A stretch of 15,224 bases of DNA, from the NCBI GenBank assembly GCA_038842485.1, contig JAWBSP010000024.1, positions 1 through 15,224 on the forward strand, read 5' to 3'. A program made the position numbers and the translations under genes. The notes under the pieces were generated by a model that saw only the letters and a list, made by a program, of their open reading frames with translations, ran no database searches and had not been told where the DNA came from. Shown here one piece after another: positions 14,723-15,224 of this stretch. The DNA comes from Candidatus Hadarchaeales archaeon (lineage in GTDB: Archaea; Hadarchaeota; Hadarchaeia; Hadarchaeales; JAWBSP01). Position 1 is the stretch's first letter. Each line of letters opens with the position of its first letter.

Positions 14723-15044
14723 CTAGAGAAGGTAAACTGAAATTCGGCGGATTGAAAAATGCTGAGTCGCTGGGGGCTCCGCCAAATTTAACCGTTATTG
14801 GTTGGCTCGGTGAGAATTTTTGAAGGAAACCCCCGTGCGGAAGCGAGGAAGAAAAAGGATAGGGTACATGAGGAGAATCGGCGTGGTTGGGGAGTATGTG
14901 GAGGTAGAGCGTGGGCGTAAGGGTTGATCTCAAACTGAGTCGGGCGAAAGAGGTGACACTAAGCGCATAAGAATGATCCTGAAGGGTTTACTAATTTTGC
15001 GCCCCCGTTGAGACACTCACAGCGCTTCCCCATTTTCACTCCCT

Positions 15045-15065
15045 GAGCCGGTGGGCTCTTTTTTT
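15045..15065 (+). terminator. Hairpin plus T7 tract, terminator-like
   Basis: GAGCC-GGTG-GGCTC followed by TTTTTTT. Confidence 0.35.
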
Positions 15066-15165
15066 CAAGACCCGGATCGAAGATCAGCACGGTGTTCTCG
15101 AGCGGGAGAACCTCCTCGACCTTCGCCCTCAGGAAGGTGACGTTTGCCAGGTTCCTCTGGCATCT
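15066..15165 (-). pseudogene. Possible fragment of a class I SAM-dependent (RlmD/TrmA-like) RNA methyltransferase
   Basis: Start-less minus-strand frame reads RNLANVTFLRAKVEEVLPLENTVLIFDPGL, resembling the N..NV.F....VEE.LP...V..DPPR.GL segment; an in-frame stop lies upstream. Confidence 0.3.
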
Positions 15166-15224
15166 ACTGAGTAGTGCACCTACCAGAGCAGACTGGCGGT
15201 GTGGTCAAACCAAATTCTACTGTC

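Noticed and set aside
14868-14927. 19-aa ORF MRRIGVVGEYVEVERGRKG resembling a Rossmann-fold start
   Set aside because: Too short, no GxGxxG motif and no continuation seen.
14484-14933. 149-aa minus-strand ORF spanning tRNA-Val, considered as a split SSV-type integrase fragment
   Set aside because: No tyrosine-recombinase motifs; it is antisense to a real CDS and to the tRNA.
1-15224. CRISPR array, IS element, intein, tRNA intron or stop-codon recoding
   Set aside because: No regularly spaced repeats, transposase or integrase motifs, oversized genes, BHB introns or in-frame stops in conserved genes were seen.

Overview
Archaeal chromosomal window (G+C-rich; archaeal L14e, L34e, Cbf5, Spt4, RpoE' and Dph5; lineage cannot be fixed from sequence alone). 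Left (40-3806): a small accessory metabolic cluster of a URO-D/methyltransferase-superfamily protein, a dolichol/phytol-kinase-like membrane protein and a divergent GH1 beta-glycosidase whose 3' end overlaps tRNA-Ser(GGA). Middle (minus strand, 12849 to 3788): a rearranged housekeeping run, PIN - hppA (K+-independent H+-PPase) - rpoE1 - spt4 - rps5 - rpl30 - rpl15 - secY - DUF106/EMC3-TMCO1 - rpl34e - cmk - rpl14e - cbf5 - tRNA-Ser. Right (plus strand): dph5, DUF357, a bPH_2/zinc-ribbon membrane protein, tRNA-Val(GAC), then about 500 bp of mostly non-coding or degenerate sequence. The most unusual observations are an Spt4 with a second inserted zinc ribbon, a DUF106 insertase with an extra signal peptide and predicted extracellular domain where adk normally lies, a GH1 with CEP instead of NEP, hppA spliced into the PIN-rpoE1 operon, and the spc operon cut before rps5. 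No CRISPR array, transposase or integrase was seen.
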